NCBI GenBank assembly: GCA_964016885.1
Contig: OZ024755.1
Location: 37,448,001-37,512,000 of the forward strand
Reading direction: 5' to 3'
Length of the DNA stretch: 64,000 bases
Source: Eledone cirrhosa
Lineage: Eukaryota
Position 1 is the first letter of the stretch. Each line of letters opens with the position of its first letter. The notes below the pieces were generated by a model that saw only the letters and a list, made by a program, of their open reading frames with translations, made no database searches and was not told where the DNA came from. Made by a program: the position numbers and the translations under genes. This document shows, one piece after another, positions 28,242 to 47,974 of this stretch.

Positions 28242-28344
28242 ACGTATTATTTTAATTAGTATTTTTCAACCTAGCTAACTTGGTCATTTGCAATGCGAAC
28301 ACATGTACACTTGTATCAGTGTTTATCCCTAACTTATATTCATT

Positions 28345-28420
<76 letters not shown>

Positions 28421-28465
28421 CATATACATATATATACATATACATATATACATATATATATACAC

Positions 28466-28520
<55 letters not shown>

Positions 28521-28607
28521 CATATACATATATATACATATACATATATATATATACATATATATATACACATATATATATATATACATATATATACATA
28601 TATATAC

Positions 28608-28638
<31 letters not shown>

Positions 28639-28661
28639 CATATATATATATACATATATAT

Positions 28662-30170
28662 AGGGTATAATGTGGGGCTGTAATACAGGAAAGTTTTGTG
28701 CAATTTATGTTTACAAGCCGAAATTGCCTCAGATTTTTTGTTTAAGATGTGGTCTGTGGCGTAGGGTATTTCCAGGGCCTCAGCGGCGCAGAGGTCACAT
28801 GGTCTTTTATTTCCGTTATACGATCTAGCCCTAGCTAGGATCTCCCAGTGTAACTTATATTGGGTGTGGTTGTCTTTCAGACTCCAGATATAAGCTGAAA
28901 GTGACGTCATATTCCTTCTTAGAGGGTAACGAAAAGAATGGGTATGCATGTAAAGACGCTGCTTGAATCTATTGGCCGTTAACCCTATGTAGGCCCTACG
29001 GGACGTGGGTGTTTCAACCTTACATTTGTAGACAATGTTACTAGAGAGGCCTTTCCCGGATAGGGGGCAATCAACTCGATTCCTACAATTACAGTTAGTA
29101 CTAACTACAGGGTTGCACGTGTTCCTACGGCTAGGTAGTTTAGCTAAATTTGAAGCTGTGATGTTATGTTCAAGGTTAGGAGTCGTAGAGTAAGAAATTT
29201 TAATAGTATTTCTATTAAAAATGTTACTATATTTATGTGTAGGGGGAAAATGCTTCGTAATAAGGGAAAGAAAGATCTTAGCTAATGGTGTGGCCACCTC
29301 CATTTTATATGGTGGGTTATACCAACAAATGCGACGGGATCTATTTCTTCCAGGTCTATTTTCGTACTCTGTATATGCTACCTTATCGACAAATCCACTC
29401 CGAGCAAGAGCTTCATTGTAATAAGTGGAATGGTCGTTGAAAATATGCTCGTTAGTAGATAGACGGGAAAGCCTCAACGAAACGTTTCTTACCAGGTTCT
29501 TGGTTATGCTGGCAGGATGGTTGGAATGCTTACTTATGTAATTAAGCGTATCATTCGCTTTCTATACGGGTAAGATAACCCATTCGATAAATTGAGGGTA
29601 ACGTCGAGGTAAGTAACGACCGAGGGATTGGCCTCAACCTGTATAGAGAGGTTGAAGCCTTTAAAGAAGGCTGTGAGTTCTTTTCTGAACTTGTCGCAAG
29701 CACGAGGTCCGCACTTAGTCATGGTCAAAAGACCATCATCACGGTACAAACCACCGCCCGCGTTGGGGAATTCGTCCTTGATAGAGAAAAGAAATAAAAG
29801 GTCGATAAGATCAGTAACCTCCGCAGAATCGCTGGCGCCCATACTCACGTCGAATAGGGTACTATTGGATTCTTTAATCCAAATAGAGTCGTCGAAATTA
29901 ATCACCGACTTACGGGCATTGAGGATGACATCAACCTCGAAATCCTTAACCACTGTGAGTGTTTTAGCGAAATTGATAGTTCTAAGGAGAAGTGGTAAAG
30001 TGATGGAGGAGTAGTAATTGTTGATGACGAATTGGATAAAACGGCAATGTTCCTTGTTGCATATGCCGTTGAACCAATCAATCACCGCGAAAGAATTGTT
30101 CCACGGTGCAAGAGGGGCCAAACTTCTAATTTCAGGTATAATTCTATCAAGGATCCTTTTACTAAGTCTA
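28662..30170 (-). mobile_element. Penelope-like element (Neptune-type) RT + GIY-YIG endonuclease, frameshifted near 29.5 kb, 5'-truncated
   Basis: [13 protein letters not shown] and GLYRDDGL (RT); WYNPPY; [11 protein letters not shown] linker; IVYKC..YIGLT..FKQR..H; CDLC..E; LNKKSE. Confidence 0.93.
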
Positions 30171-30189
30171 ATAAATATATATGTATATA

Positions 30190-30355
<166 letters not shown>

Positions 30356-30399
30356 AGTATATATATTTATATACATATATATATTTATATACAGATATA

Positions 30400-30479
<80 letters not shown>

Positions 30480-30951
30480 ATAGAGAAAGGAGAAGAAAGA
30501 GAGAGAGAGAGTAATAAAGAGAGACATTTAACATACATATATGCGTGTGCATATATATATATGTGTGTATGTGTGTGTGCGTGTGTGTCTATATATATAT
30601 ATATATACATATATACATACATACATACAATATTCACCGATATATTAGGGAACCGTTCAAAAGAGAGGGTATGGTATGTTCAGTAAGTTAGTTGATAGAA
30701 AGTGCCGATAATTGATTTCTTTAATGACAGTTGCAATTTGTATTCATTGCACTTGCAGGAAAATATCACCTAGCGTTCGTCTGATCTGATAGAAATTACA
30801 GCAGAACCATTCCTTTGAAACTGGCATCACAGATAATTGAAAATATTATCTCGAGTAAAAATTAAAGAATGAAATGGCCACTTACATGTATATATATATA
30901 CATATATATATGTATATATATATATATGTATATATATATGTATGTCTATAT

Positions 30952-30983
<32 letters not shown>

Positions 30984-31036
30984 GTCTATATATATATATA
31001 TATATGTCTATATATATATACATATATATATATATA

Positions 31037-31745
31037 TAGGAATGAAAAATGGCGTGCTGTGTTGTTGTATATATGATATACAAATTAAAATGAAGAATTA
31101 GAAATAGAAGCCAAGACTATCCATCATCAGTCGTCTACTAGCCATCATAGGTATTTCTTCGCATTACAGACCATATACCTCCAGCTAGCGCGAACAATAA
31201 CTAAAATAAGTTATTGGGATAAAAAGAGTTGGGTGGAGAAAGAGAGACAGGTAAACAAACACGAATGGTGAGGCAACGTAAAGAGAGGAACAAATGAGAA
31301 AGTCAAGTCAATGATTCATTTGAACATAAGAACTTGCGAATATTGACGAGAAGACCAAGACACATCGTAACTGTGCGAAAGTGAGCGAGGAATGAATGTT
31401 GCACCATGTGGGACGATGGAGGAAGGGAGAGAAAGGGTGAGTAGCAGAGAGTGAGTGGGTGAAAGTGTGAGGAAGAGGCTAGCCGAGTGAGGGTGTCTAG
31501 CAGAGGGGGTGAATGAAAGTAAGAGGGAGAAGGAGAGGGAAGGGGGGGAGAAAGGGGATAGCAGTAAGGGAAAAGAAAAAGACAGGTCACGGCGAAGGGG
31601 TAAGCATATAGGAATGAAAAATAGCGTGCTGTGTTGTTGCAAATGTGATATACAAATTAAAATGAAAAATTAGAAATAGAAGCCAGGTCTATACATCTTT
31701 AGTGGTCTACTAGCCATCATAGGTATTTTTTCGCATTAAAGACCA
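31037..31745. repeat. Direct repeat pair (~136 bp; 31037-31173 and 31609-31745) around a purine-rich spacer
   Basis: TAGGAATGAAAAAT.GCGTGCTGTGTTGTTG...CTACTAGCCATCATAGGTATTT occurs twice, period ~572. Confidence 0.85.
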
Positions 31746-31820
31746 GGAAGAAGATCTTAACGGTTCAGGTTTTTCCTGATTTTATTCCTGGTTATATCAA
31801 AATTTATAAAATAAACTTCG

Positions 31821-31881
31821 TATCTTATCTGATGAGCGCGTAACAAAGTTTTGGTACCCTTGAAATGTATATAATAGAATA
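31821..31881 (+). ncRNA. Degenerate type I hammerhead, same family as 11697
   Basis: UAUCUUAU-CUGAUGA-..CCCUU-GAAA-UGUAUA-UA-AUAGAAUA, followed by shared AATATGGTT. Confidence 0.65.
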
Positions 31882-32030
31882 AATATGGTTTTGTAAATAT
31901 AGTTGCCATTTATTTATTATCATTGAATATTATACTCCAGAAAACTTGTCGTGTGCTTTGAATCAGTTATAAACACTTATATTTATTGAATTACCAACAA
32001 ATTAAATATCCCTTTTACATATATCCCTTT

Positions 32031-32070
<40 letters not shown>

Positions 32071-32149
32071 CATACATATATATATATACATACATATATA
32101 TATATACATACATATATATATATATACATACATATATATATATACATAC

Positions 32150-32254
<105 letters not shown>

Positions 32255-32280
32255 CATACATATATATATATACATATACA

Positions 32281-32316
<36 letters not shown>

Positions 32317-32317
32317 C

Positions 32318-32385
32318 ATGATGGCTGCCCCCTCGTTATCGAGTATGGCCATTGCACAATAAAAAAAAAAAAAAAAAAAAAAAAA

Positions 32386-32431
<46 letters not shown>

Positions 32432-32510
32432 GCAATAATAATAATAACGACAACAACAATAATAATATACATATTCATATATATATACACACACACGCAC
32501 GCACATAAGC

Positions 32511-32548
<38 letters not shown>

Positions 32549-34227
32549 GATAGCAACTAACAGTGCTGCGATCGAATGTGGCTTTTTAGCCCAGCCAATG
32601 ATCCAAAATGTCTTGCACAGAGTCGGCAACCAAAACATTTACTGGGAATAGTCGGCTGTGGTTGGAGTTCGTGTACTTTTGCATGTCGCTTGAGTCCTCC
32701 TGCTGATTTACATTCTCTACCACATGTTTGGCAAGCATGATGAGTAGCATCTCCAACAGCAGCCTGGTAGTCAACCACTGGTCTTACTTTATGACTGCGA
32801 AGATGACTTTCGAGTCCAGCTTTGCTTAGGCAGAGTCTCGCACAGACGCTGCATGTCAGAAACATAGGAGGACCCTCGCCGTCTGGAAGTGCAACAGCAA
32901 TACCCTTCCTCACGTCCCGCTTTACTTTCTCGTGTGCGATTCGAGATGCCTCAAAGGCAACTTTTCCCTCATATACAGTCTTTCTCCATTTATTACGATC
33001 AGCAGCAATATTTTCCCATGTATCAGCAGAGATGTTAGCGTCTTTCAGAGAGGCCTTCAAGGAATCCTTATACCTCTTTTTTGGTTTATGTGGCGGTCGT
33101 TTTCCTTTAACCAACTCTCCATAGAAGAGTTGTTTTGGTATTCTAGAATCCTTCATCCTGGCAAGGTGACCACTCCAACGGAGTCGCTGCTTAAGCACAA
33201 GAGCTTCTATACTGTCACACATAGAGCTTTCCAAAATCTCGACATCACTGATGTGGTCCCTCCAGCGAACGCCATGTATCCGTCTGAGACACATCTGATG
33301 GAAACGCTCCAATTGCTTAAGGTGGCGTCGATATGTGACCCAGGTCTCGCAGGCATAAAGAAGACAAGAGAGTACACATGCCCTGTACACCTTTACCTTT
33401 GTCCTCCTGCATATGTCTCGCCGACCCCAGAGTCGCCTTTCTAGCTTTCCGAAAGCATCACTTGCTTTCCTAATCCTAAGTGAGATTTCACTGTCAAGGT
33501 TGCCGTATCGATTGACAGTGCTTCCCAGGTAGACAAACTGATCAACCACTCCAAGTCGTCTGCCATACACATAGATGTTTGGTTCAGTGTACTGCCTACC
33601 AGGTGCAGGTTGGTACATGACGACGGTTTTCTTGAGACTGACAGTCAAACCCAGGGCAGTGCAAGCGTCAGAAAATACATTCAAAATGTGCTGCATATCA
33701 CTCTCTGTGTGCGCTACAAGATCGCAATCATCTGCATACAAGAGGTCTCTTATGACTGATGTAAATACTTTTGTCTTCGCAGCAAAGCGCCTGATGTTAA
33801 ATATGCTGCCTGAGGTTCGATATCGGATGTAAACACCATGCTCGCAATTCCTGAATGCAATACAGAAAACCATTGCAAAGTATATGGCAAACAGGGTCGG
33901 TGCTGGAATATCCCCCTGTTTCACTCCATTTTTTACTGAGATAGGCTCCGACATGTTACCTCCGACATTAACCCAAGCCTTCATGTCGTCATGGAAAGAC
34001 CTAACTAAAGCAAGGAACTTATCAGGGCAACCAAGTTTCTGGAGAACCTTCCATAATGCATCTCTGTTGACAGTATCGAAAGCCTTTGTCAGATCGACAA
34101 AAACCTGATACAGATCCAAGCCCTGTTCAATGCACTTCTCCTGGAGCTGTCTAGCTGAGAAGATCATATCAGTAGTGCCGCGTCCAACACGAAAACCAGA
34201 TTGACTTTCAGGAAGGACACAATCTGC
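32318..34227 (-). mobile_element. 5'-truncated RTE-clade LINE
   Basis: ORF with [36 protein letters not shown] and QLFYGEL; 3' tail GGCCATACTCGATAACGAG..GCAGCCATCAT at 32318-32356. Confidence 0.92.
32557..34227 (-). CDS. RTE reverse transcriptase (partial) with three C-terminal C2H2 zinc fingers
   Basis: Uninterrupted frame; CSVC..HLRSH, CQTC..HAKVH, CRLC..HIRSQH. The ORF-track extension to 34647 is microsatellite. Confidence 0.9.
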   Translation of the reverse strand, partial: ADCVLPESQSGFRVGRGTTDMIFSARQLQEKCIEQGLDLYQVFVDLTKAFDTVNRDALWKVLQKLGCPDKFLALVRSFHDDMKAWVNVGGNMSEPISVKNGVKQGDIPAPTLFAIYFAMVFCIAFRNCEHGVYIRYRTSGSIFNIRRFAAKTKVFTSVIRDLLYADDCDLVAHTESDMQHILNVFSDACTALGLTVSLKKTVVMYQPAPGRQYTEPNIYVYGRRLGVVDQFVYLGSTVNRYGNLDSEISLRIRKASDAFGKLERRLWGRRDICRRTKVKVYRACVLSCLLYACETWVTYRRHLKQLERFHQMCLRRIHGVRWRDHISDVEILESSMCDSIEALVLKQRLRWSGHLARMKDSRIPKQLFYGELVKGKRPPHKPKKRYKDSLKASLKDANISADTWENIAADRNKWRKTVYEGKVAFEASRIAHEKVKRDVRKGIAVALPDGEGPPMFLTCSVCARLCLSKAGLESHLRSHKVRPVVDYQAAVGDATHHACQTCGRECKSAGGLKRHAKVHELQPQPTIPSKCFGCRLCARHFGSLAGLKSHIRSQHC

Positions 34228-34247
34228 ATATATATATATACATATAC

Positions 34248-34534
<287 letters not shown>

Positions 34535-34535
34535 C

Positions 34536-34566
<31 letters not shown>

Positions 34567-34577
34567 CATATATATAC

Positions 34578-34702
<125 letters not shown>

Positions 34703-34782
34703 TATATACTCTTTTACTCTTTTACCTGTTTCATCCATCCGGCTGAGGCCATGCTGGGGCACCGCCCTTGTTGCTACACATT

Positions 34783-37700
34783 TTATCTGCAGCCTCTATA
34801 GGTTGGCCACTGGTGTAAGAGGTAGTTTGTTGCTGCTGCCCTTAGGTTTCCCTCGTGTCTTGCTGTGGGCTCATCCGGGATCCTGGATAACAAGGTGTGG
34901 AGATGTTTCTTAAAGACACCCACCTCCACGTCATGCAAGTCTCTCAGATGCCTCGGCAGCCTGTTGAAGAGTTGAGGGTCCTTGAATCCCAGGCTATTGC
35001 AATACCTGCTCCTTATTCTAGATGTGGAAGACGGGACCTTTGGCACCACACAGTGACGTCCTGTTCGACGGTTGGTCCAGCTCCCAATGCCAAAGTTTGG
35101 TGCTAGTCCCTCCAGGATTTTCCACATGTAGATCACTGCGTATCTCTCCCGTCTTCGCTCCAAGGAATAGAGGTTCAGTTCCTTTAGCCTCTCCCAGTAG
35201 CTTGTCTCCCTCATCTTGGCAATCCTCTTGGTGTAGCTTCGCTGGATTGCCTTAAGCTCCGTGGTTAGTTTGACACTATGGGGTGACCACAACTGGGAGC
35301 AGTAGTCCAGGCGGCTTAGGACAAAAGTCCTCCTCAGTGTCAACATGGTGTCTCGATCTCTTGTCCGGAAAGTCCTCAAGATCCAGCCAGCGAGTCGTCT
35401 GCACGTTGTCGCCACTTTCATGATGTGTGAAGAAAAAGATGCATCATCGCTCATGTCTATGCCCAGGTCTCGTATCGATTTTGACACGGGGATATCGGTC
35501 CCTCCTGGTCCTGTGTAGCTGTGTTCCACTATATTTGTGTTTGCAGATTTGTATTGTAGGGCTTGGAATTTGCCAGCATTAAACTGCATGTTGTTTTCTT
35601 CCGCCCATCTGTATATGGCATCCAGATCCTGCTGTAAAAGGGCAGCGTCAGCCGGGTTTTTGATTGCCTGTGCTACCTTAGTGTCATCAGCATAGCTAGT
35701 GAGGGATGTTGTTGCATGCACCACAGAGGGCATGTCCGAGAGAGCCACCAAAAACAGTAGTGGTCCCAGGACTGTCCCCTGGGGCACCCCACTTGTTATC
35801 GGTGTTTCCCTCGAGAGGGCCCCATTTGCTGCGACTGCCTGGCTTCTGTCCCTTAGGAAGCCATGCAGCCACTCACCTACTTTTCCAGTTATGCCGAGTC
35901 CGTGTAGTTTGTGACATATCATTTTGTGGTCGACCTTGTCAAAGGCCTTCGCAAAGTCAAGATATATCACGTCCACATGTGAGCTGTCTAGTAGTTGTCT
36001 CAGTACCCAGTCGTAGTGATGTAGCAGCTGTGTAAGGCAGCTTCTTCCCGGGCGGAAGCCATGTTGCGTGCTAGTCAGGCGGTCATTTTCTTCGAGGAAA
36101 GTGATTAGTTTCTTTCTGACGACTCGCTCCATGACCTTACTGATATGCGACGTCAGGGAGACTGGCCTATAGTTCTTGGCCTCCGCTCTACTACCTCCTT
36201 TATGGATAGGGCATATTGTGCCTTCTTTCAGCTCCCTGGGTAGTACACCGCTAGCCAAGGAGCTTCTGAAGAGCATCTTCAGTGGAGTTGCTGAGGCCCG
36301 CTTACATATTTTTAAGAGAACTGCTGGGAATCCATCAGGTCCAGCAGCCGAGTCTGTTCTAATTTCATCAATGGCGTACACCACATCCTCCTCCGTTATG
36401 TCTATGTGGTTGATGGTTGCCATTTCTTGATGTAGTGTTGTGGCATCAAAGAACTCCTCTGGCTTCGTTATTTGCATGTGCCTCAGTGGACATGTGAAGA
36501 CACTTTTGTACTGTTCGTTCAGTATTTCACATATCTTTTGGGGATTTTCGGTTAATGAACCGTCCGTATGGAAGAGTGGCCCAATCTTGCAGTGTACTGA
36601 GGCAGTTTCTTTTGCAAATTTAAAGAAGGCCTTAGGGTTTGTTTTAATGTTTTCTATGGCCCTGTTCTCTTTCTTTGCCCTCTCATTCTCATGTGAAAGT
36701 TTGAGTGCAATCTCGGTGTCAAGTAGTGCACGTTTCAAATAGGATTCCTTCTTGTTTTTGTTTTGTTGACTATTCAACTGGTTTGAGAGTTTAGTTCTAC
36801 GTCTCATAAGGATTTTCCTATCTCTGGGAATAAGATTTTTGTGTCTGTTTGCCTCTTTCTCCGGGACACACTTTTTGCATATGGTGTGTATCGTTGTCAT
36901 GAAGTGTTGAAATTGTGTGTTAGTGTCTTGTGTGGCGGTGTTTTCACTCCATGTTTACTTCCGGATTTCACTCTTAATCTTTTTCCAGTTAGCCTTGTAG
37001 AAGTTAAGGTTGGATAGCGTCCCGGAGCTTCTTGGTGGTTTTGTCTCTGTTGGTTCTCCTGGACCACATATCATTAGCTCTACTAAGTTATGATCCGAGA
37101 GAATTGTTGGTGTCACCTTTACATTGTGGATGAGCACTTCGTTGTTTGTAAAACAGAGGTCCAGGACATTTTCGCCTCTTGTTGGGAGGAGTATTGCTTG
37201 CTCCATGAACAGCCTGTGTGTGAGGGCCAGCAGGGATTCCGTCTGTCTCTGTTCTATTGACGTCATTCCAGGGAGGAGGTGGCCCTCAGGCCATTTGACC
37301 TTTGGTAGGTTGAAGTCTCCCAGCAGTAGGATGTTGAGACCCTGGTCCAGTTTGTCAAGGACCTCTTCTATCCTACTTAGGCTATCCTCAAATTTACCCT
37401 CATGACTGGGGGCATCGGGCGGCCGATATGTGACACATATTACTGTCTGTAGTTGCTTCATATGTATTATCAGTGTGTCACAGACTGAGTTTGAATGTGT
37501 CAACAGTACAATTGGTGTGACATCTTCACGGATATACAGAGCAACCCCACCATGAGTTCTCTCCTTCCTGTCCGAACGAAATACAGTATATTTCGGTATA
37601 TGTATTTCTGCATCTGCTATACTGCTTGTCAGGTGCGTTTCGGTTAGTGCCATGCATAGTGCTTGATTGCTTATGGCTAAGTCTCCCAGGTAGGAAATTT

Positions 37701-37818
37701 TACTCATGTTACCGAGTTTCACCAGGCCCCTGACATTCAGCAGCAGCACTGGTGTGATTTTCGGGGTGCCAGTAATGGCTGTCGGTATGACACCTGGTCT
37801 GGTGTCAGCGGCGGCCAC
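34783..37818 (-). CDS. LINE ORF2: AP endonuclease + reverse transcriptase, one in-frame stop at 36955-36957
   Basis: NVRGL, LTETHL, GGVALY, YRPP, GDFN, LDL, SDH; [30 protein letters not shown]. Both ORF-track pieces share one frame (54 nt apart). Confidence 0.93.
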
Positions 37819-38678
37819 TCTGGGTCCCTTAACTGCGGTGGTCTCGAGTGCTGGTGTGGATGACCCTGGCTCTGGAGACGATGCAGCCAGGTCAGCTGTC
37901 CCAGAATCTTCTCTGCCATCACTGAAATATTTTTCTGATCTGCTGCTGCCATCTGTATCTCGTCGGCATGTGCGTGCCTTCTCCTTGTTGGTGCGGCACG
38001 CGCGACATCAGCATACTTCTGGAGCGGCTTATTTCGGCTTTGGCTGGGGAATGTTGCGCGAGTATGATGGGCATAGTTCGTTTGAGACCTAGGGTGGGCG
38101 AATCTGCATCCCATCCCTGTCTCTCCATGCCAGCATGTCCCGTTCTTGAAAAACTTGCACATTACTTGGGGTTTTTTGGTCCCAGTGTCTCGGTGCTTTC
38201 TGTTCTTCCTTTGAACAGTTGTCCACTGGTCCCTCTGCGCTTGGTTCTCCTTCGGAAGGTGATTTCGCTTTTCACCTTTGCCCTTAGCTTGTTGGTTGCC
38301 CGGCCTGCCCTCCCTGCCTGTAGCGGAGGGTATATCATTTTCTTTCAGGTCCGTGCTTGTGCTCTCCTCCTTTTCTTTTTCCTCCTCCTTTTCCCTCTCC
38401 TTCTCCTCGTCCCTCCCTTCGGTTTTCTCCTCCCTGAGGACACGGCTTAGCATCGCCATATGTGGCGCTATGAGGACATACGCCTTCTCAATTTCTTTTC
38501 TCTTTCTCTCTATCTGTGCCAGGGTCCTCAGAAACCCATGGCTCTTCAGGTTCTCCGCCATCTTTTTGCTTGGTGGAGACCCATCAGCCATGGTCCACCC
38601 CTTGATCAAAACCGCTAGTTCCATTTTTGACCAGTTTCGTTGACTCCTAGTTTCACCTTTTTCCTGCATGCAGTCCAT
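37737..38678 (-). CDS. LINE ORF1: Myb/SANT-like N-terminus, charged linker, CCCH zinc finger
   Basis: RNWSKMELAVLI..MAENLKSHGFLRTLAQIERKRKEIEKAY; CKFFKNGTCWHGETGMGCRFAH; lies directly upstream of ORF2. Confidence 0.8.
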   Translation of the reverse strand: MDCMQEKGETRSQRNWSKMELAVLIKGWTMADGSPPSKKMAENLKSHGFLRTLAQIERKRKEIEKAYVLIAPHMAMLSRVLREEKTEGRDEEKEREKEEEKEKEESTSTDLKENDIPSATGREGRPGNQQAKGKGEKRNHLPKENQAQRDQWTTVQRKNRKHRDTGTKKPQVMCKFFKNGTCWHGETGMGCRFAHPRSQTNYAHHTRATFPSQSRNKPLQKYADVARAAPTRRRHAHADEIQMAAADQKNISVMAEKILGQLTWLHRLQSQGHPHQHSRPPQLRDPEWPPLTPDQVSYRQPLLAPRKSHQCCC

Positions 38679-39589
38679 TTCGCTGTGGAGGGGAGAAAGA
38701 GAGACAGTGGGAAGTGTAGGGTAGAGGTTAGAGAGGGACAGAGGGAGGGAGGGAGATAGAGATATAACACCAGTGAGATAAATATAACTCCAGCGAGAAA
38801 AAGAAAGAGAAACAGAAGAAAAGAAAAGAAAAGGGGGAGAGACAGAAGAGGGGAGCGAGAGAGATAGCGGGTAGAGTGGGGGGAGGTCAGAGGGAGAGAG
38901 AGGATATATATATAGAGAGAGAGGGAGAGAGAGGGAGAGGGGGAGCTCGTTGATCTAGAGAGAGAGGGAGAGAGAGAGAGGAAGGAAGGAGAGAGATAGA
39001 GACAGCGTGAGCAATAGCAGTTCATAAATATAAAATAAATTTTAAATTAAATTAATGAATGGAAGAAACCGGAATCATAGAGATATAGAAACACGATGTA
39101 AGTTGTATATAAGTTGAATCTAAATGTTTGTTTACAAATATACGAAGTTATTGTAATATCAACATATCAAACAAGAAACAACAAAACCGAGTCAAAAACA
39201 GATGAGATTATACCAAATTAAACAAGATTATATTAAATTAAATTATGTTACTCAGAAAAATCAAAATAATACAAGATCTGTTTAAGTTAAACTAAAATTA
39301 GATTACGTATGCTCTGTATGGTAGTCAAGAAAAATAGAAAGCACGTGTGTGTGTTGTCTCCTATGAAGGTATCACACAGTGAAAATAAACATGTTCAAAA
39401 CGGTAATATATGTAAAATATACTTCAAAATAATTGCGTCAAAGCACAAAAACTTATCTTTTTTGTATGTTTTCCTTGTCCTCTGAAAAATTAAAACCATA
39501 CATAAATCCGATTACTGTCGATTTAAAATATTAAAATGTCAAATCTGGAGAGACGACAATTCACGTCTTATACCAACAAGTTGCCAAGC

Positions 39590-41720
<2,131 letters not shown>

Positions 41721-41722
<2 letters not shown>

Positions 41723-42323
41723 GGTGGCTGCCAACTCGTTTTCGAGTACGGCCACTACTTTATATCCATGTAGGAGAACCCCTACCATTGCGCTGAACGA
41801 GTGTGACTTTTTAGTCCAGCCAGCGACTTGAAAACTCTGGTACAAACACTACACCTGTGACAATTATTGACACATAGTGCTGGGCCCATGGTACCATGTG
41901 ACGACAAGTGCAGAGAGATCAGAGATCTCCAGATATAAAGCAATGCCTGTGCCGTGAAGCTTTTATAGTGAGCAAAGGCACTGCACAAAGCCAGTCCCAC
42001 TCTCTTAACCAAGATAATATTTACCAAAAAGAAGAACAAGTCAACATCATTGGATACCATCAGGGTTGCAGGTGTTATATCAGAGTTTTCCTTCTCCTAG
42101 AATTCTGCCTTGACAAAGGCTAAGGGGTCATCTCTCCCAGTGATTCTGGATGGCCATTGACTCTAAAGAGCTCCTTTGCCCTTTGAGAGGTTTTGTTTTT
42201 AGTCCTGCAGGATGTCCAAAGTCACCCTCCTCACCAAGAAACCTTGGTGGGGTTGCCAGTTTAGTCGCTAACGACCCGACCATGGGACAGGTTGTACTGG
42301 GATACATGTTACCAGTAGCACCG
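41721..42323 (-). mobile_element. RTE-derived non-autonomous element
   Basis: Near-identical to 4838-5448; encodes [20 protein letters not shown]; flanked by (TA)n. Confidence 0.9.
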
Positions 42324-42367
42324 GTATATATATACATACATATATATATACATATATATATACATAC

Positions 42368-42398
<31 letters not shown>

Positions 42399-42587
42399 CA
42401 TATATATATACATACATATATATATATATACATATATATATACATACATATATATATATATATATACATATATATATACATACATATATATATACATACA
42501 TATATATATACATACATATATATATATATATACATATATATATACATACATATATATATACATACATATATAATATATATATTATAC

Positions 42588-42642
<55 letters not shown>

Positions 42643-42973
42643 CATATATACATATATATACATATATATATACATATATATATAATATACATATATACAT
42701 ATATACATATATACATATATATACATATATATATACATATATATATATACATATATATATACATATATATATACATATATATATACATATATATATATAC
42801 GTATATATATACATACATATATATATACATATATATATACATATATATATATATACATATATATATACATATATATATACATATATATATACATATATAT
42901 ATACATATATATATACATATATATACATATATATATACATATATATATACATATATATACATATATATATACA

Positions 42974-43173
42974 NNNNNNNNNNNNNNNNNNNNNNNNNNN
43001 NNNNNNNNNNNNNNNNNNNNNNNNNNNNNNNNNNNNNNNNNNNNNNNNNNNNNNNNNNNNNNNNNNNNNNNNNNNNNNNNNNNNNNNNNNNNNNNNNNNN
43101 NNNNNNNNNNNNNNNNNNNNNNNNNNNNNNNNNNNNNNNNNNNNNNNNNNNNNNNNNNNNNNNNNNNNNNNNN
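42974..43173. other. Assembly gap (200 N)
   Basis: Run of N. Confidence 1.
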
Positions 43174-43846
43174 ATATGTGTGTATTTATCTGTTTATTGT
43201 ATTATATATAATGTGTATATACAGGATGTCCCCCAAAAATATATACACACTTCATCAGCATTCTAATAACTATTGCCTGTACAGGTAATCAAAGTGTCAA
43301 TCGAATGTTAGTTTCGTGTTTTAACAGTACAAATTTACAATACACACATAAAACCAGTGTATATACATACATGAGTGTGTATACACATACATGAATGTGT
43401 ATATACAATATATATGTATATATATATAGAGACACATGTATTCACGGTGCAACGGTACATTAAAATATAGATGCGGGAGAGGGGGTGTATATATAGGGGC
43501 GCTGGGGATAAAGGAGTGTAAAGCGTGTGTAATTGATATATTGAAGGAGAGGAGCGTGCAGCGATAGAGTAACAAATATATAGAGAGGGGGAGAGATGGT
43601 ATTGAAGGGGAGGAGTGCAAAGCGAAAGAGTAAGAGATATAAATAGAGACGGAACAGATAGAGAGAAACAGGCGTAAGTAACAGTGGAAGAGATATAGAG
43701 AGAGGTACTCTGATTGGTTGAAAATTAGCCAATGACATACGATCACCACCACGGCTATCCCCGAAAAATTTTTAAAGAAGCTAGGCATATATGTTAGAAC
43801 ACGAAAAGTGAACATTCTGTGTTTCACACTTTTCGTGTTCTAACAG

Positions 43847-47972
<4,126 letters not shown>

Positions 47973-47974
47973 TA

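Larger units (their letters stand above)
34708..39025 (-). mobile_element. Near full-length CR1-like LINE (5' boundary uncertain)
   Basis: CT-rich 5' UTR, ORF1, ORF2 (APE+RT) and 3' tail (GTAAAAGA)2 running into (TA)n. Confidence 0.92.

Noticed and set aside
42150-43211. ORF spanning the N run
   Set aside because: Artefact of microsatellite plus assembly gap.
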